Positions 1 through 9,435 of a DNA stretch of 64,000 nt are shown here, in pieces. The stretch covers positions 96,001 through 160,000 of the forward strand of contig CAWCXJ010000009.1 of assembly GCA_963799485.1 (NCBI GenBank), written 5' to 3'. The notes under the pieces were generated by a model. The model did not search any database, was not told the DNA's origin, and was given only the letters and a program-made list of their open reading frames with translations. The stretch comes from an uncultured Trueperaceae bacterium (GTDB lineage: Bacteria > Deinococcota > Deinococci > Deinococcales > Trueperaceae). The position numbers and the translations under genes were made by a program. The stretch's first letter is position 1; each line of letters begins with the position of its first letter.

Positions 1-1216
1 ACTCCAAGGTACCGCCGTGCGCCCTCACCACCGACCGGATCACCCGCAAGCCCAGACCGTCCACCGCGTTTTCCGGCAGGCCCGCACCGGAATCTTCGAC
101 CTCGAGGTACACCTGCTCTTGTGAGATTCCACACCGAAGCTTAATCTTTCCCTTCGGCGTGTGCCTGATGGCGTTGACCAGGAGGTTATTGAGCGCCTGC
201 TCGAGCAGGCGCGGGTCCGCCCTGACCGGCGCTGCTTCGGTTTCCAGCACCAGCTCGTGTGCGGTCTCTAGGGCCAGGGGCTGAAAGCGGTCATAAGCCG
301 CACTCACCAGCTCAGCAAGGTCTAAAGCTTCAGCCCGTACCTCGTTGGACTCGGCGCGGGAGAGGGCTAGGAGGTTTTGCGCAAAGGTCTCCAGCCGGAG
401 CGCCTCGCGGTGAAGCTGCGCGAACCGCCCCGCTGAGGCGCGACGCTCCGGCCCCGGCCCCACGGGCATCTCCTGTTGCCTCGCCAACTCCAGACTCGCG
501 CGCAGCGCTGAGATAGGGGTGCGCAGCTCATGCGCTGCGTAGGCAAAAAACCGCCGCTCGCGCTCCTGGTCGATTTTAAGTCGGTTCAGGAGCACGGCGA
601 AACTCCGGGCAAGCGTCGCTGCCTCGTCATTTCCGCTGAGCTCGAGCGGCTCGCGAGTAGTGCTAAAGTCGCGGATGGCTTGAGCTAAGTGCTCGAGCGG
701 ACGAAGCGCCGCACCCACCACAAACCAGGCTAAAGCACCGGCAAAAAACGTTAGCGCCACACTCAGGGCGGCGGCTATAAAGATGTATGGGCGCAGGGTC
801 GCATGTAGCGCCGTAAGCCGGCGGCCCACCTGAACCGTGATGCCGTCACGGGCCAAGGTATTGACGCGCCACGACCCCACCGTGCGCGTGCCGCTACCTA
901 CAAGCAGCCCCTCAGGGTCGAGCAGCTCGGGCGTGTTAAGCAGCGCTCCCTCCCAGACCAGCTGCCCCTGGGTATAGACCTGCGCCGCACTGATCCCACT
1001 GCTACGTATCAGGTAGCTCTCGACCACTGGCGGCACCTCGCGCTGTGGAGCTGTCAGCGTCGCCTCGGCAATTACCTGAGTCAGCAGCTTGTTGTCTTCA
1101 TCGATACCAGTTAGGCGAAAACGCACGAGCGCCCAGTAGGTAAGGCTAAAGCCGAGCACAAGCCCGAACAGGGTCAACCCTGCGGCGATGAGCACCATTT
1201 TGGTACGCAAGTTCAC
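1..1216 (-). CDS. HAMP-domain sensor histidine kinase (3' end runs off the window)
   Basis: Not in the ORF track. Manual translation from GTG at 1216 gives two TM segments, a HAMP region (LRPLEHLA...NDEAATLARSF), the H-box FFAYAAHELRTPISAL and N/G boxes (LNNLLVNAIRHT, VEDSGAGLP). Lies directly downstream of an OmpR-type regulator. Confidence 0.9.
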   Translation of the reverse strand, partial: MNLRTKMVLIAAGLTLFGLVLGFSLTYWALVRFRLTGIDEDNKLLTQVIAEATLTAPQREVPPVVESYLIRSSGISAAQVYTQGQLVWEGALLNTPELLDPEGLLVGSGTRTVGSWRVNTLARDGITVQVGRRLTALHATLRPYIFIAAALSVALTFFAGALAWFVVGAALRPLEHLAQAIRDFSTTREPLELSGNDEAATLARSFAVLLNRLKIDQERERRFFAYAAHELRTPISALRASLELARQQEMPVGPGPERRASAGRFAQLHREALRLETFAQNLLALSRAESNEVRAEALDLAELVSAAYDRFQPLALETAHELVLETEAAPVRADPRLLEQALNNLLVNAIRHTPKGKIKLRCGISQEQVYLEVEDSGAGLPENAVDGLGLRVIRSVVRAHGGTLE

Positions 1217-1268
1217 GGTTCTTTGCGTTTTAGCCTGGTCTTTTTGCACCTATTTGCACCCTGGCAGT

Positions 1269-1925
1269 TTAGCCGGGAAAGCGGTAGCCAAGGCCGCGCA
1301 CCGTTTCTACTACCCCGCTCGCTACCTTGGCGCGCAGATTCTTGACGTACACGTCTACCAAGTTCGAAGCGGCGTCAAAGCCGGCACCCCAGATCCGCTC
1401 GAGCACTTCATCTCTGGAAAATACCCGTCCGGGGTTGAGCATAAACAGCTCTAACACCTCGTACTCCTTGGCGGTAAGCCGCAGCAGCGCCCCCTCTAAA
1501 CGCACCTCGCGGCTTTCGCTCTGCAGCTCGACGCCCCTCCAACTCACCGTACGCGCACGCATCTCGCCGCGACGGTAGAGCGCTTTAAGTCGGGCGATAA
1601 CTTCAGCGAGGGCAAACGGCTTGGAGAGGAAGTCGTCGCCGAACTCGAGCCCCCGAACGCGGTCGGGGAGCGCCTCACGGGCGGTCAGAAAGAGAATCGG
1701 CTGGCGGAAACTGACCTCACGTAGCTCCTGGGCCAGCTTGTAACCGGCCTCCTCACCCTCGGGCAAGCTTACATCGAGCAAGATCAGATCGAACGGCTGT
1801 TCCCACAACACAGCCCAGGCTGCCTCTGCCGAAGGTGCTATAACCGGACTAAAACCGTTGGTGCCGAGGCTTTCGCAGAGTGTTTGAGCAATCGAAACCT
1901 CGTCTTCAATGATGAGAAGGCGCAT
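1269..1925 (-). CDS. OmpR/PhoB-family response regulator
   Basis: MRLLIIEDE...LILLDVSLP...LTAR...KPF receiver plus winged helix (VDVYVKNLRAK, VETVRGLGYRF). True start is likely ATG 1925, preceded by TATACT. Confidence 0.93.
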   Translation of the reverse strand: MRLLIIEDEVSIAQTLCESLGTNGFSPVIAPSAEAAWAVLWEQPFDLILLDVSLPEGEEAGYKLAQELREVSFRQPILFLTAREALPDRVRGLEFGDDFLSKPFALAEVIARLKALYRRGEMRARTVSWRGVELQSESREVRLEGALLRLTAKEYEVLELFMLNPGRVFSRDEVLERIWGAGFDAASNLVDVYVKNLRAKVASGVVETVRGLGYRFPG

Positions 1926-2138
1926 CTCGCCCAGTATAACGCCATGCTCATCCAGCGTAGGTGCAGATGAGTTCTGATGCTGCTCGTCGGGCCTACACCG
2001 ACGTGAAGGATACCTGTCCACGAGAGAGAGTATGCCGACAAAGTAAACCGAATATGAAAGGTGGCTAGAGGATTTCACCCTTTGTGAGTACCAGCTCACT
2101 ACGGGGACAAAAGTTCGCGACAGGCGCTTGGGGAAAGT

Positions 2139-2230
2139 TCAGCTGATGAACTTGAGTCGTGCCGCTTGACCCTCGGTTTGCGCGTTACTCCAGAGCTCCA
2201 AAGCCGAGCGCACTGCTTTATAGTCTTGCT
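2139..2230 (-). pseudogene. ISL3-family transposase C-terminal remnant
   Basis: Minus frame reads EQDYKAVRSALELWSNAQTEGQAARLKFIS*, matching AIGAALTLPWSNGPTEGKITRLKLLK of the ISL3 at 61852-63575. Confidence 0.65.
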
Positions 2231-2540
2231 CTAAGTACACGACAATTTACAAAAAGGAGTTCTCCCTGAAGAATGTTTAGTGCGTAGGCAAACAAAGGAG
2301 AACTCAGATGAAGCATAACGGCTTAGCCAAAGCGTTGAAAGAGGTCGGCATCAACTTACCTAGGTCGAGACTAAACTTTCTAAGTATGCTGCTCATGGGC
2401 ATTGTCGAAGCCGGGACGGTCAATCTCGAGACAGTAGTAGAAACCATGCAAAGCCGGGCTCAACAGGCTTCTGTGTATAGACGGGCACAGCGGTTCTTCG
2501 CCGAGCTAGCGCTTGACGAAACGTTGTTTACGAGTTTGGT
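2231..2540 (+). mobile_element. Truncated IS4-family element (left end plus transposase N-terminus from ATG 2308)
   Basis: Putative IR CTAAGTACACGACAA at 2231, RBS AAGGAG, and ORF ...SRLNFLSMLLMGIVEAGTVNL...QASVYRRAQRFF resembling IS4 transposase N-termini. Similarity ends near 2540. A related end-like sequence (CTCACTACGGGGACAAAA) lies at ~2096. Confidence 0.6.
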
Positions 2541-2749
2541 AGCTCTTAAAACCCGGTTCACTCAGCAGCTCGATGTCGTCGCGGTAACGGAAGGTGGTCG
2601 CCGGCGTCCCCCGAGGGTTCAGACACAAGACTGCCCGGAACGTGTTCCAACACCCAAAAGTCCGAATTTACGTTGTTGCCTTCGACCTGATGGGCGGTGG
2701 TAGCGGTTCCCCAGCGGAAACCTTCGGGGAAGGCGAGGGTTTTAGAGAT
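2539..2749 (-). pseudogene. GH1 beta-glucosidase N-terminal fragment
   Basis: AAGGAG RBS, then ATC where ATG is expected, then FPEGFRWGTATTAHQVEGNNVNSDFW...PSGDAGDH, a frameshift, and FRYRDDIELLSEPGFKSY. This is the GH1 N-terminal signature. Confidence 0.8.
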
Positions 2750-3105
2750 AGCGACTCCTTTTGGTCAAGCGTACTTGTTGGTCAGGTGTACCCGAGTTCC
2801 GCACGGCTCTACGGGGCCACCTGCGGGCGGACAAGGGCTGAATACCGATTTGCAACCGCCGACCTCGTAGGGTGCTCTAGGGTGTTTGAAATTTGCGGTA
2901 AAGAGGCGCAACCAACAGACCAATGGGTCACCAGCGTGGCGCGCCCTGATGCTCACGTTTCCCGGCGGGGTAAAGGGCTAGACTTTGGAGCGCGTGGACG
3001 GTTTCCGGCGCGCTTCGGGCGGGGCCGCGCCGCACGCCACCTGAGACAATTTTGCCAGGGTGAAGGCGTTTTACGAGGACCGACCACGGCTCAGGAGGTT
3101 TTACG

Positions 3106-3768
3106 GTGGCTCTAAGGGTGATCGGGGCCGGTTTCGGTCGCACGGGTACGGCGTCGTTAAAGGGTGCGCTCGAGGAACTCGGCTTTAGTAAGTGCTATCA
3201 CATGCAAGAGGTCTTCCGTAACCCCGGACACGCTCCTATCTGGCAAGCTGCTGCTGAAGGTAAAGCAGTCGATTGGGGCGCGCTCTTTGCGGACTACGAG
3301 GCAACTGTCGACTGGCCGGGTTGCACGTTTTACAAAGAGCTTACGGAACGCTATCCCGACGCCAAGGTGCTCTTAAACGTCCGCGACCCCGAGGCGTGGT
3401 ACAAGAGCGCGTCAGATACTATCTACCGCGTGAGTCGCCCCGGTTTTCCCAAGTCGCTTGTGCCGGTATTCGTTCCGCCTCTGAGACGTTTTGTCCGGAT
3501 GACTAAAACCTTGATTTGGCAAAACACTTTCGACAACCGCTTCGAGGATAAAGCCTACGCCCTAAAAGTTTTCAACGACCATATCGCCGAGGTCAAGGCG
3601 GTCGTGCCCGCAGAGAAACTCTTGGTTTACGAGGTCAAAGAGGGCTGGGAACCGCTCTGCGCATTTTTAGAGGTGCCGGTGCCGGACAAACCTTTTCCGA
3701 GACTCAACGACTCGGCTGCGTTTAACCGTCAGGTCGGGCCGGGGATTTTCAGACGGCGGCGTCCGTGA
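3106..3768 (+). CDS. Sulfotransferase-family (Sulfotransfer_4-like) P-loop protein
   Basis: LRVIGAGFGRTGTASLK, CYHM, VDWP, VRDPEAWYKS, EGWEPLCAFLEVPVPDKPFPRLN; RBS AGGAGG. Confidence 0.88.
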   Translation: MALRVIGAGFGRTGTASLKGALEELGFSKCYHMQEVFRNPGHAPIWQAAAEGKAVDWGALFADYEATVDWPGCTFYKELTERYPDAKVLLNVRDPEAWYKSASDTIYRVSRPGFPKSLVPVFVPPLRRFVRMTKTLIWQNTFDNRFEDKAYALKVFNDHIAEVKAVVPAEKLLVYEVKEGWEPLCAFLEVPVPDKPFPRLNDSAAFNRQVGPGIFRRRRP

Positions 3769-3771
3769 CTT

Positions 3772-3823
3772 TCTGCGTGAAACCAAGTCAACCCGCCTCT
3801 GCGTGAAACCAAGTCAACCCGCC
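3772..3823. repeat. Exact 26-bp tandem duplication
   Basis: TCTGCGTGAAACCAAGTCAACCCGCC at 3772-3797 and 3798-3823. Confidence 0.95.
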
Positions 3824-3873
3824 AAAGTAGACAAACCCAGCGCAAATGTGATACACCTACAGTCGTGAAACCC

Positions 3874-3927
3874 ATGACCACCAGCTTTTATACTGTCTTT
3901 TACGCTGTGGGGTATTGGCTCGGATAA
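3874..3927 (+). CDS. Aromatic-amino-acid-rich leader peptide MTTSFYTVFYAVGYWLG
   Basis: 17-codon ORF with 2 Phe, 3 Tyr and 1 Trp, lying just upstream of an intrinsic terminator and the DAHP synthase gene. Confidence 0.85.
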   Translation: MTTSFYTVFYAVGYWLG

Positions 3928-3959
3928 ACCCGGGAGGACGCCACGTGTTTAAGATTGGC

Positions 3960-3989
3960 TGCGCCCGGAACCACCGGGCGCATTTTTTT
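3960..3989 (+). terminator. Attenuator terminator upstream of DAHP synthase
   Basis: TGCGCCCGG-AACCA-CCGGGCGCA followed by T7, ending 44 nt before the aroF ATG. Confidence 0.88.
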
Positions 3990-4033
3990 GGCCTGTTCGC
4001 GTAAAAGTTGGTATCAGGGTCTAAAGGAGAATT

Positions 4034-5107
4034 ATGAAGCGCGTCGAAAACCTTAACGTTTCCCGAATTGAACCGCTGAGCCCGCCGGAGGTGCTCAAAA
4101 AGGCGCTGCCTGCGTCCGAACGGGTCAACCAAACCGTGTCTGAAGGGCGCGCCGCGATTCGCCGGGTGCTGCACAAAGAAGACTCCCGGCTACTGGTGAT
4201 TGCGGGGCCGTGTTCGGTGCATGATGCGGGGCTGGCACTCGAGTACGCCCGCCGCCTTGTTACGCTGCAAGAGCGCTATAAAGACCGGCTTTTGATCGCT
4301 ATGCGCGTCTACTTCGACAAACCGCGCACGACGGTCGGCTGGCGCGGCTTTATGAACGACCCGGAAATCGACGGGTCGAACAGCCTCGAGCTGGGGCTTA
4401 AAAAGACCCGCGAACTGCTCCTAAAGGTCAACGAACTCGGGCTGGCGGTGGCAACCGAAATCCTAGACCCGTTTATTCCGCAGTACCTCTCAGACTTGCT
4501 CGCTTGGGGCGCAATCGGCGCGCGCACGACCGAATCGCAAACACACCGGGCAATGGTCAGTGGGCTTTCGGTTCCGGTCGGGTTCAAAAACAGCACCGAG
4601 GGCAACATTCAGCTTGCCGTCGACGCGGTGGCCTCTTCGGGGCAACCGCACACCTTTCTAGGCATCGACCAGTCGGGGCAAGCCGCCGTCGTCTACACCA
4701 AAGGCAATCCCGACTGTCACATGATTTTGCGCGGTGGGCGCGCCGGCCCGAACTACGCGGCTCCCTTTGCTGCCGAAGCGGGCGAACGACTCCGCAAAGC
4801 AGGGCTCAACCCGGCTTTAATCGTAGACTGTAGCCACCACAACTCCGGCTACGACTTCCGCGAGCAGGGGGCAGTGTGGGAGAGTGTATTGGCGCAGCGC
4901 GCCGCGGGGAACGGCGACTTGGTGGGGATGATGCTCGAGAGCAACCTCGCCGAAGGCAAACAGGCAATTCCAGCAGACCTGAAAGATTTGCAGTACGGTG
5001 TTTCGCTCACCGATTCGTGTGTCGGCTGGGAAGCGACCGCAGAGCTTTTAGCGGAAGCCTACAACACGCGCCAACGTTCCGGCGAAACGGTTTTGTCCGG
5101 ACGCTAA
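4034..5107 (+). CDS. aroF: 3-deoxy-7-phosphoheptulonate (DAHP) synthase, class I-alpha (AroF/G/H type)
   Basis: GPCSVHD, MRVYFDKPRTTVGWRG, IGARTTESQTHR, GFKN, ILRGG, VDCSH, YGVSLTDSCVGW; RBS AAGGAG. Confidence 0.95.
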   Translation: MKRVENLNVSRIEPLSPPEVLKKALPASERVNQTVSEGRAAIRRVLHKEDSRLLVIAGPCSVHDAGLALEYARRLVTLQERYKDRLLIAMRVYFDKPRTTVGWRGFMNDPEIDGSNSLELGLKKTRELLLKVNELGLAVATEILDPFIPQYLSDLLAWGAIGARTTESQTHRAMVSGLSVPVGFKNSTEGNIQLAVDAVASSGQPHTFLGIDQSGQAAVVYTKGNPDCHMILRGGRAGPNYAAPFAAEAGERLRKAGLNPALIVDCSHHNSGYDFREQGAVWESVLAQRAAGNGDLVGMMLESNLAEGKQAIPADLKDLQYGVSLTDSCVGWEATAELLAEAYNTRQRSGETVLSGR

Positions 5108-5281
5108 ACAGTCTAGTAAGTGCGGGGTTTTTATATCGGGCTAAAGCTTGTCCCAGCACCTCTGAAGCAAGTTCTGATTACACGTCCACCGCAGAATTTA
5201 AGCGTTGTGGATGTACGCTTTGACAACGCGAGGCACATTCGCTTTACACCGGTTTTCAGGGTAGCCTGAAGGTCTGAGCTT

Positions 5282-5806
5282 ATGACCAAAGCTAATCCCA
5301 ACTTTTCGCAATTCCGCCTGGGTACACCCTTGAACCTGCCTAGCGGCGGACAGGTTTCTTATACCGAACTCAAAGAGAGCGGTTTGCAAGAGCATTACCT
5401 CCGCATCGTGCACGACCTGGCGGGCCGGGACAAGCTGAGCCGTGAACAAATCAGCAGCTTTATAACGCGTGCAGCCTCGAGCGATAGGCGTGAGCAGCAG
5501 GCGGTGAGAAATGAACTCGAGTCCCTGCGTACCCCGCCCGCCAAGGTCGTCACGCTCCCACCGCCCAAACCCACTACGCGCGGCGGACAGAACAGTCGCC
5601 GCAAAGCTGAGAAGATGTTCGAGCTGGTCTCTTCGGGCGACCACAAGCAGGCCGTAAAACTCGCCCAAAGTTACGGTTTGCGTCCTGTTAGCGTACCGGA
5701 GCAGGCGCTGCGTCCGGGGCAATCGCCCGAGGCGCACAGGGTGCGGGCGCTAGGGGCGGTAGCGAGTAAGCTGATTACGAGTGGGCTGTGGAAGACGGTC
5801 AAGTAG
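5282..5806 (+). CDS. Hypothetical protein (174 aa, basic, Pro-rich linker)
   Basis: Clean ATG ORF with protein-like composition; no family recognised. Confidence 0.6.
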   Translation: MTKANPNFSQFRLGTPLNLPSGGQVSYTELKESGLQEHYLRIVHDLAGRDKLSREQISSFITRAASSDRREQQAVRNELESLRTPPAKVVTLPPPKPTTRGGQNSRRKAEKMFELVSSGDHKQAVKLAQSYGLRPVSVPEQALRPGQSPEAHRVRALGAVASKLITSGLWKTVK

Positions 5807-6185
5807 TCAATGTCAGCTACGCAGTAACTCAAGGGTTGTGAGTTGCTAAGCTTCAAGAAAGGCGCTATGGTTAGCAGGTACTTTCTGTAACCGGCTTAGT
5901 GATTTTGGCTTATACCTTTGTTCTAACCGGGACAACCATCTTTCCTCTCAGCAGCGCGTTCTTTACAATAATGAGTTTATGATGATGAGAGGATGGAAAA
6001 CCATTAAAAAAAGTTTTAGAAGCAAATTGGTTTACATCGTTACTCCAGCTTGCAACACTTATTCTGACTGCTGGAAATATGGTTGTTACAGACTCAGGAG
6101 TTAGCGTCGGCTCTTGGTTTTTTTATTAGAAAGCCCTCTGCGTTTGGAGAATAGTTGCTTCGCAAGCGCCTAGGTGTTTACCCGG

Positions 6186-7589
6186 TCACTGCGCCCCTAA
6201 TCGCCTCGCCTCCGCCGCAAAAAACCGGTAGGTGGTGTTGTCGGGCTCGAGCTCCAACGCCTTCTCATACGCCGCTGCCGCCTCCCCGTAACGCCCGCCT
6301 TCAAACGCCAAGCGCCCGAGCCAGCCCCACGCGTCGGCGTAGTTGGGGGCTTCGTTCGTCGCAGTCTCGAAAGCCTGCTGCGCGGCCTCTGGGTCGGCTT
6401 GCTGATACGCCCGGACGCCTTCGTCGAAAGCCTGCACCGCACCCTCACCGATGGCCTGCTGCGCGCGGGCGGTCTCGAGGAAATACTTGGCTCCGGCGTC
6501 GTCCGGGTTGAGCGCCACGACGCGTTCCCAGTATGGTACGGCCCGCGCCGCCTGTCCCGACTCTTGCAGACTCCGCGCCGCCCAGCTCGCGGCTGCCGGG
6601 TACTCCGGGTTGGCCTTGCTCGCCGCAACGAAACGCTCCGCTGCGGCCCGCACCTCGCCCCGGTTGTAGAGGTCTTGTCCGGCGTAAAATGCGCGTCCTG
6701 CCGCCGTACCCCACTGCTCTTGCGCTTCGGTCAGCGTCAGATAGTAGGCTGCCGATTGAGCTTCCGGATTGCGTTCTAAAAGCGCTTGCCAAAACCGTTT
6801 GGCGACGCGCGGACGGCCCAGCTCGAGCGCCACCCGTCCGGCCCAACTTGCCGCCTCGTCAAAGTTGGGGTTGGCGTCTGCAGCGCGGGTAAACGCGTCC
6901 AGCGCAGCGGCCTTTCGGCCTGCGTTGTAGGCAGCCAGACCCTCGTTAAAAGCCCCGGTCGAATCTGCGCCGAAAGTAAGCTGCTGCTGACTCTGCGCCA
7001 GGTAGTAGCGGGCGGTTTTGTCGCCGGGCTTAAGCGTCAAGACGCGTTGCCAGTAGCTTTCGGCTTTTTGGGATTCACCTCGCTCGAGCGCGATACGGCC
7101 CAGCCACGTGATGGCCTCGAGGTTTTCCGGGTCGAGTTCTACCAGCCGCTCAAAAACAGTTGCCGCCGTGTCCAGGTCTCCGGCAGTGTAGCGGGCGTAA
7201 CCGAGTTCGCGTCCTGCCTCATTTAGAGCACCCAACGCCGCGTCGTCAAGCGCCCCGCCCGCTGTCAGATATGCGTTCCAGAGCTGCCACGCGCGCGCGT
7301 CCCACGACAAGGTGCTGTAGGTTTCGGCTAAAAAGCGCAGCACCGTCAGGTTTTCCGGGTCTGCGACCCTGGCCTCCTCACCGAGGTCGACGGCTTCTCG
7401 CCACCTGGGTTGGTCGGGTGTAGGGAGTGCGCCGCTCGTGCGCGCCTCCGCCGCTGCCGCTTGCGCCTGCGCCAGCAGAGAAGCCTGCGGCTGCGTCACG
7501 GGTACCGAGGTCGGTGAGACCGGGGTAACGACGACCTGCGCCGACACCACGCCCCAGCCCAAACTCAAAACGATTACCCAACCCTTCAC
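6186..7589 (-). CDS. Secreted tetratricopeptide-repeat protein
   Basis: N-terminal signal peptide and repeated TPR helices (WLGRIALERG...YWQRVLTLKP, AYEKALELEPDN). Confidence 0.88.
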   Translation of the reverse strand: MKGWVIVLSLGWGVVSAQVVVTPVSPTSVPVTQPQASLLAQAQAAAAEARTSGALPTPDQPRWREAVDLGEEARVADPENLTVLRFLAETYSTLSWDARAWQLWNAYLTAGGALDDAALGALNEAGRELGYARYTAGDLDTAATVFERLVELDPENLEAITWLGRIALERGESQKAESYWQRVLTLKPGDKTARYYLAQSQQQLTFGADSTGAFNEGLAAYNAGRKAAALDAFTRAADANPNFDEAASWAGRVALELGRPRVAKRFWQALLERNPEAQSAAYYLTLTEAQEQWGTAAGRAFYAGQDLYNRGEVRAAAERFVAASKANPEYPAAASWAARSLQESGQAARAVPYWERVVALNPDDAGAKYFLETARAQQAIGEGAVQAFDEGVRAYQQADPEAAQQAFETATNEAPNYADAWGWLGRLAFEGGRYGEAAAAYEKALELEPDNTTYRFFAAEARRLGAQ

Positions 7590-7691
7590 AAAACCAGTTT
7601 ACCGCCCGCGCCTTAGCACCGGGTTAATAAAAGCACCGGTTGATACACTTGCCAACGCGGCTTCCGCGCCGGGGCTGCTACACTTGACACT

Positions 7692-9002
7692 ATGTTCGAG
7701 AGTCTGGGAGACAGATTACAAGGGGTGTTCGACGGTTTGCGCGGGCGCGGACGCCTGACCGAAGCCGAAGTCAAGGTGGCGCTGCGCGAGGTGCGGGTCG
7801 CACTGTTAGAAGCTGACGTAAACCTCGAGGTCGCTAGAGAGTTCACCAAGCGCGTACAGGAAAAAGCGATCGGTTCCGATACGCTTCTGTCGCTGCAACC
7901 CGATCAGCGCGTCATTTCTATCGTCCACGACGAGCTTGTAGAAATTTTGGGCGGCAAGGCCGCGCAGCCGAGCCTCAAAAACGAGGCGAACGTCTGGCTG
8001 CTTTTAGGGCTTCAGGGCGCGGGAAAAACGACCACGGCGGGCAAACTCGCCTACAAATACAAGGCGCAGGGAAGACGCCCGCTACTCGTCGCCGCCGACA
8101 CCCAGCGCCCCGCCGCCCGTGAACAGCTCCGGGTTTTGGGCAATCAAATAGGCGTTCCGGTGTTAGAGGTTGAAGACAACGAAACCCCGGCCCGCACGAA
8201 GGCACGGTTGCAGGAATATCTGAAGGCGAACTACCGCGATTTGGTGATTGTCGATACGGCTGGACGTCTGCAAATCGACGAAGCCCTGATGGACGCCGTA
8301 GCCGACCTCAAAGCCGCCGTGGAACCGAACGAGACGATGCTGGTCATCGACTCGATGACCGGTCAGCAATCGTTGCCGGTCGCGCAAGCCTTCGACGCCC
8401 GCGTCGGGGTCTCAGGCCTGATTATGACCAAGCTCGACGGTGACGCGCGCGGGGGCGCAGCCCTGTCCGCCAAACACGTGACGGGCAAACCAATTTATTT
8501 TGCCGGGATGAGCGAGAAGATCGACGGCTTGGAACCCTTTTATCCCGACCGTGTCGCAGGCCGCATCCTCGGCATGGGCGACGTGATGACGCTTATCGAA
8601 AAAGCCAAGGTTCTCGAGGGCGACGACGATGACGCCCCCACCAGCCTCAAAGACTTTTCACTGCAAGACATGCTCACGCAGATGCGCAGAATCAAAAAGA
8701 TGGGGTCGTTCGGCGACATCTTGAAGATGGTTCCGGGTGCGAGCAAAATGCTGCCGCCGGGCGCTGAAATCGACGAGGGCGAAATCGGGCGGATCGAGGC
8801 CATTATCTCTTCGATGACCGACAAGGAGCGCCGTCAACCCAAACTCTTAAACGCCAACCGCCGTAAACGCATCGCCGCCGGGTCGGGAACTTCTGTTCAA
8901 GACGTAAACCGATTGATGAAAAACTACGAACAGATGAAAAAAATGATGAAACAGTTCGGTCGCCGCCCGCCGAAGCTACCGGGGCGGAGTCTAGGACGGT
9001 AG
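7692..9002 (+). CDS. ffh: Signal recognition particle protein
   Basis: [41 protein letters not shown]-domain [10 protein letters not shown]. Confidence 0.98.
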   Translation: MFESLGDRLQGVFDGLRGRGRLTEAEVKVALREVRVALLEADVNLEVAREFTKRVQEKAIGSDTLLSLQPDQRVISIVHDELVEILGGKAAQPSLKNEANVWLLLGLQGAGKTTTAGKLAYKYKAQGRRPLLVAADTQRPAAREQLRVLGNQIGVPVLEVEDNETPARTKARLQEYLKANYRDLVIVDTAGRLQIDEALMDAVADLKAAVEPNETMLVIDSMTGQQSLPVAQAFDARVGVSGLIMTKLDGDARGGAALSAKHVTGKPIYFAGMSEKIDGLEPFYPDRVAGRILGMGDVMTLIEKAKVLEGDDDDAPTSLKDFSLQDMLTQMRRIKKMGSFGDILKMVPGASKMLPPGAEIDEGEIGRIEAIISSMTDKERRQPKLLNANRRKRIAAGSGTSVQDVNRLMKNYEQMKKMMKQFGRRPPKLPGRSLGR

Positions 9003-9043
9003 CGGGGTTTTAACTCGGCGTTTTGGAGTAGCTAAGCAAATCA

Positions 9044-9435
9044 TCTTCGGCTCATTGGGTTCGACCGGCGTGTCTCTAGGAGGCGACAGCGTCATGACTC
9101 TCGAGCCATTTGGTCACGGTGTTACGTGACGCCAGCGCCGCGGCTTTGCCGTCCAGCAAACGTGCGTGCCAGACCCCGCAGACTCGAGCGTTCTGCGTAA
9201 GCTCTAAGTATCTCTTATACGCCTCGCTGTAGCCGAAGTCTGGGTTTGCTAATCGCCTTACCGCACGCTCGATACCGACACTTCTGCCGTTAGGCGCTCT
9301 GCCGTTCCCGACAGGCTGTTCGCGCCCGCAGCGGACAGGCCCGGGAGGTGCCGTTTTGTCCAAGACAGCGGTGACATTCGGCCTCGACCATCCCTGAGCT
9401 TATCGGCTTGACCTGAACCATTCCCCTTTACTACC
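9044..9435 (-). mobile_element. Degenerate IS1-family fragment (left end plus InsA-like region)
   Basis: End GGTAGTAA at 9435. InsA-like CHRC..GNGRAPNG, NPDFGYSEA and GLARTF..SRNTVTKWLE, interrupted by small inserts. Closely similar to 26138-26517. Confidence 0.8.

Noticed and set aside
2975..3075. Structured leader or TPP-like riboswitch before the sulfotransferase (contains CTGAGA)
   Set aside because: Other TPP elements are missing, and hairpins are expected by chance at this GC content.
3772..3823. 26-bp repeat as a possible CRISPR array
   Set aside because: Two directly adjacent copies, no spacer and no cas genes; a simple tandem duplication.
5810..6150. AT-rich intergenic stretch as an origin or sRNA
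   Set aside because: No DnaA-box cluster, iterons or clear terminator visible.
6186..7589. TPR protein as a PelB/PelE equivalent
   Set aside because: About 39 kb from the cluster, divergent from ffh and without a beta-barrel; nothing in the sequence links it.
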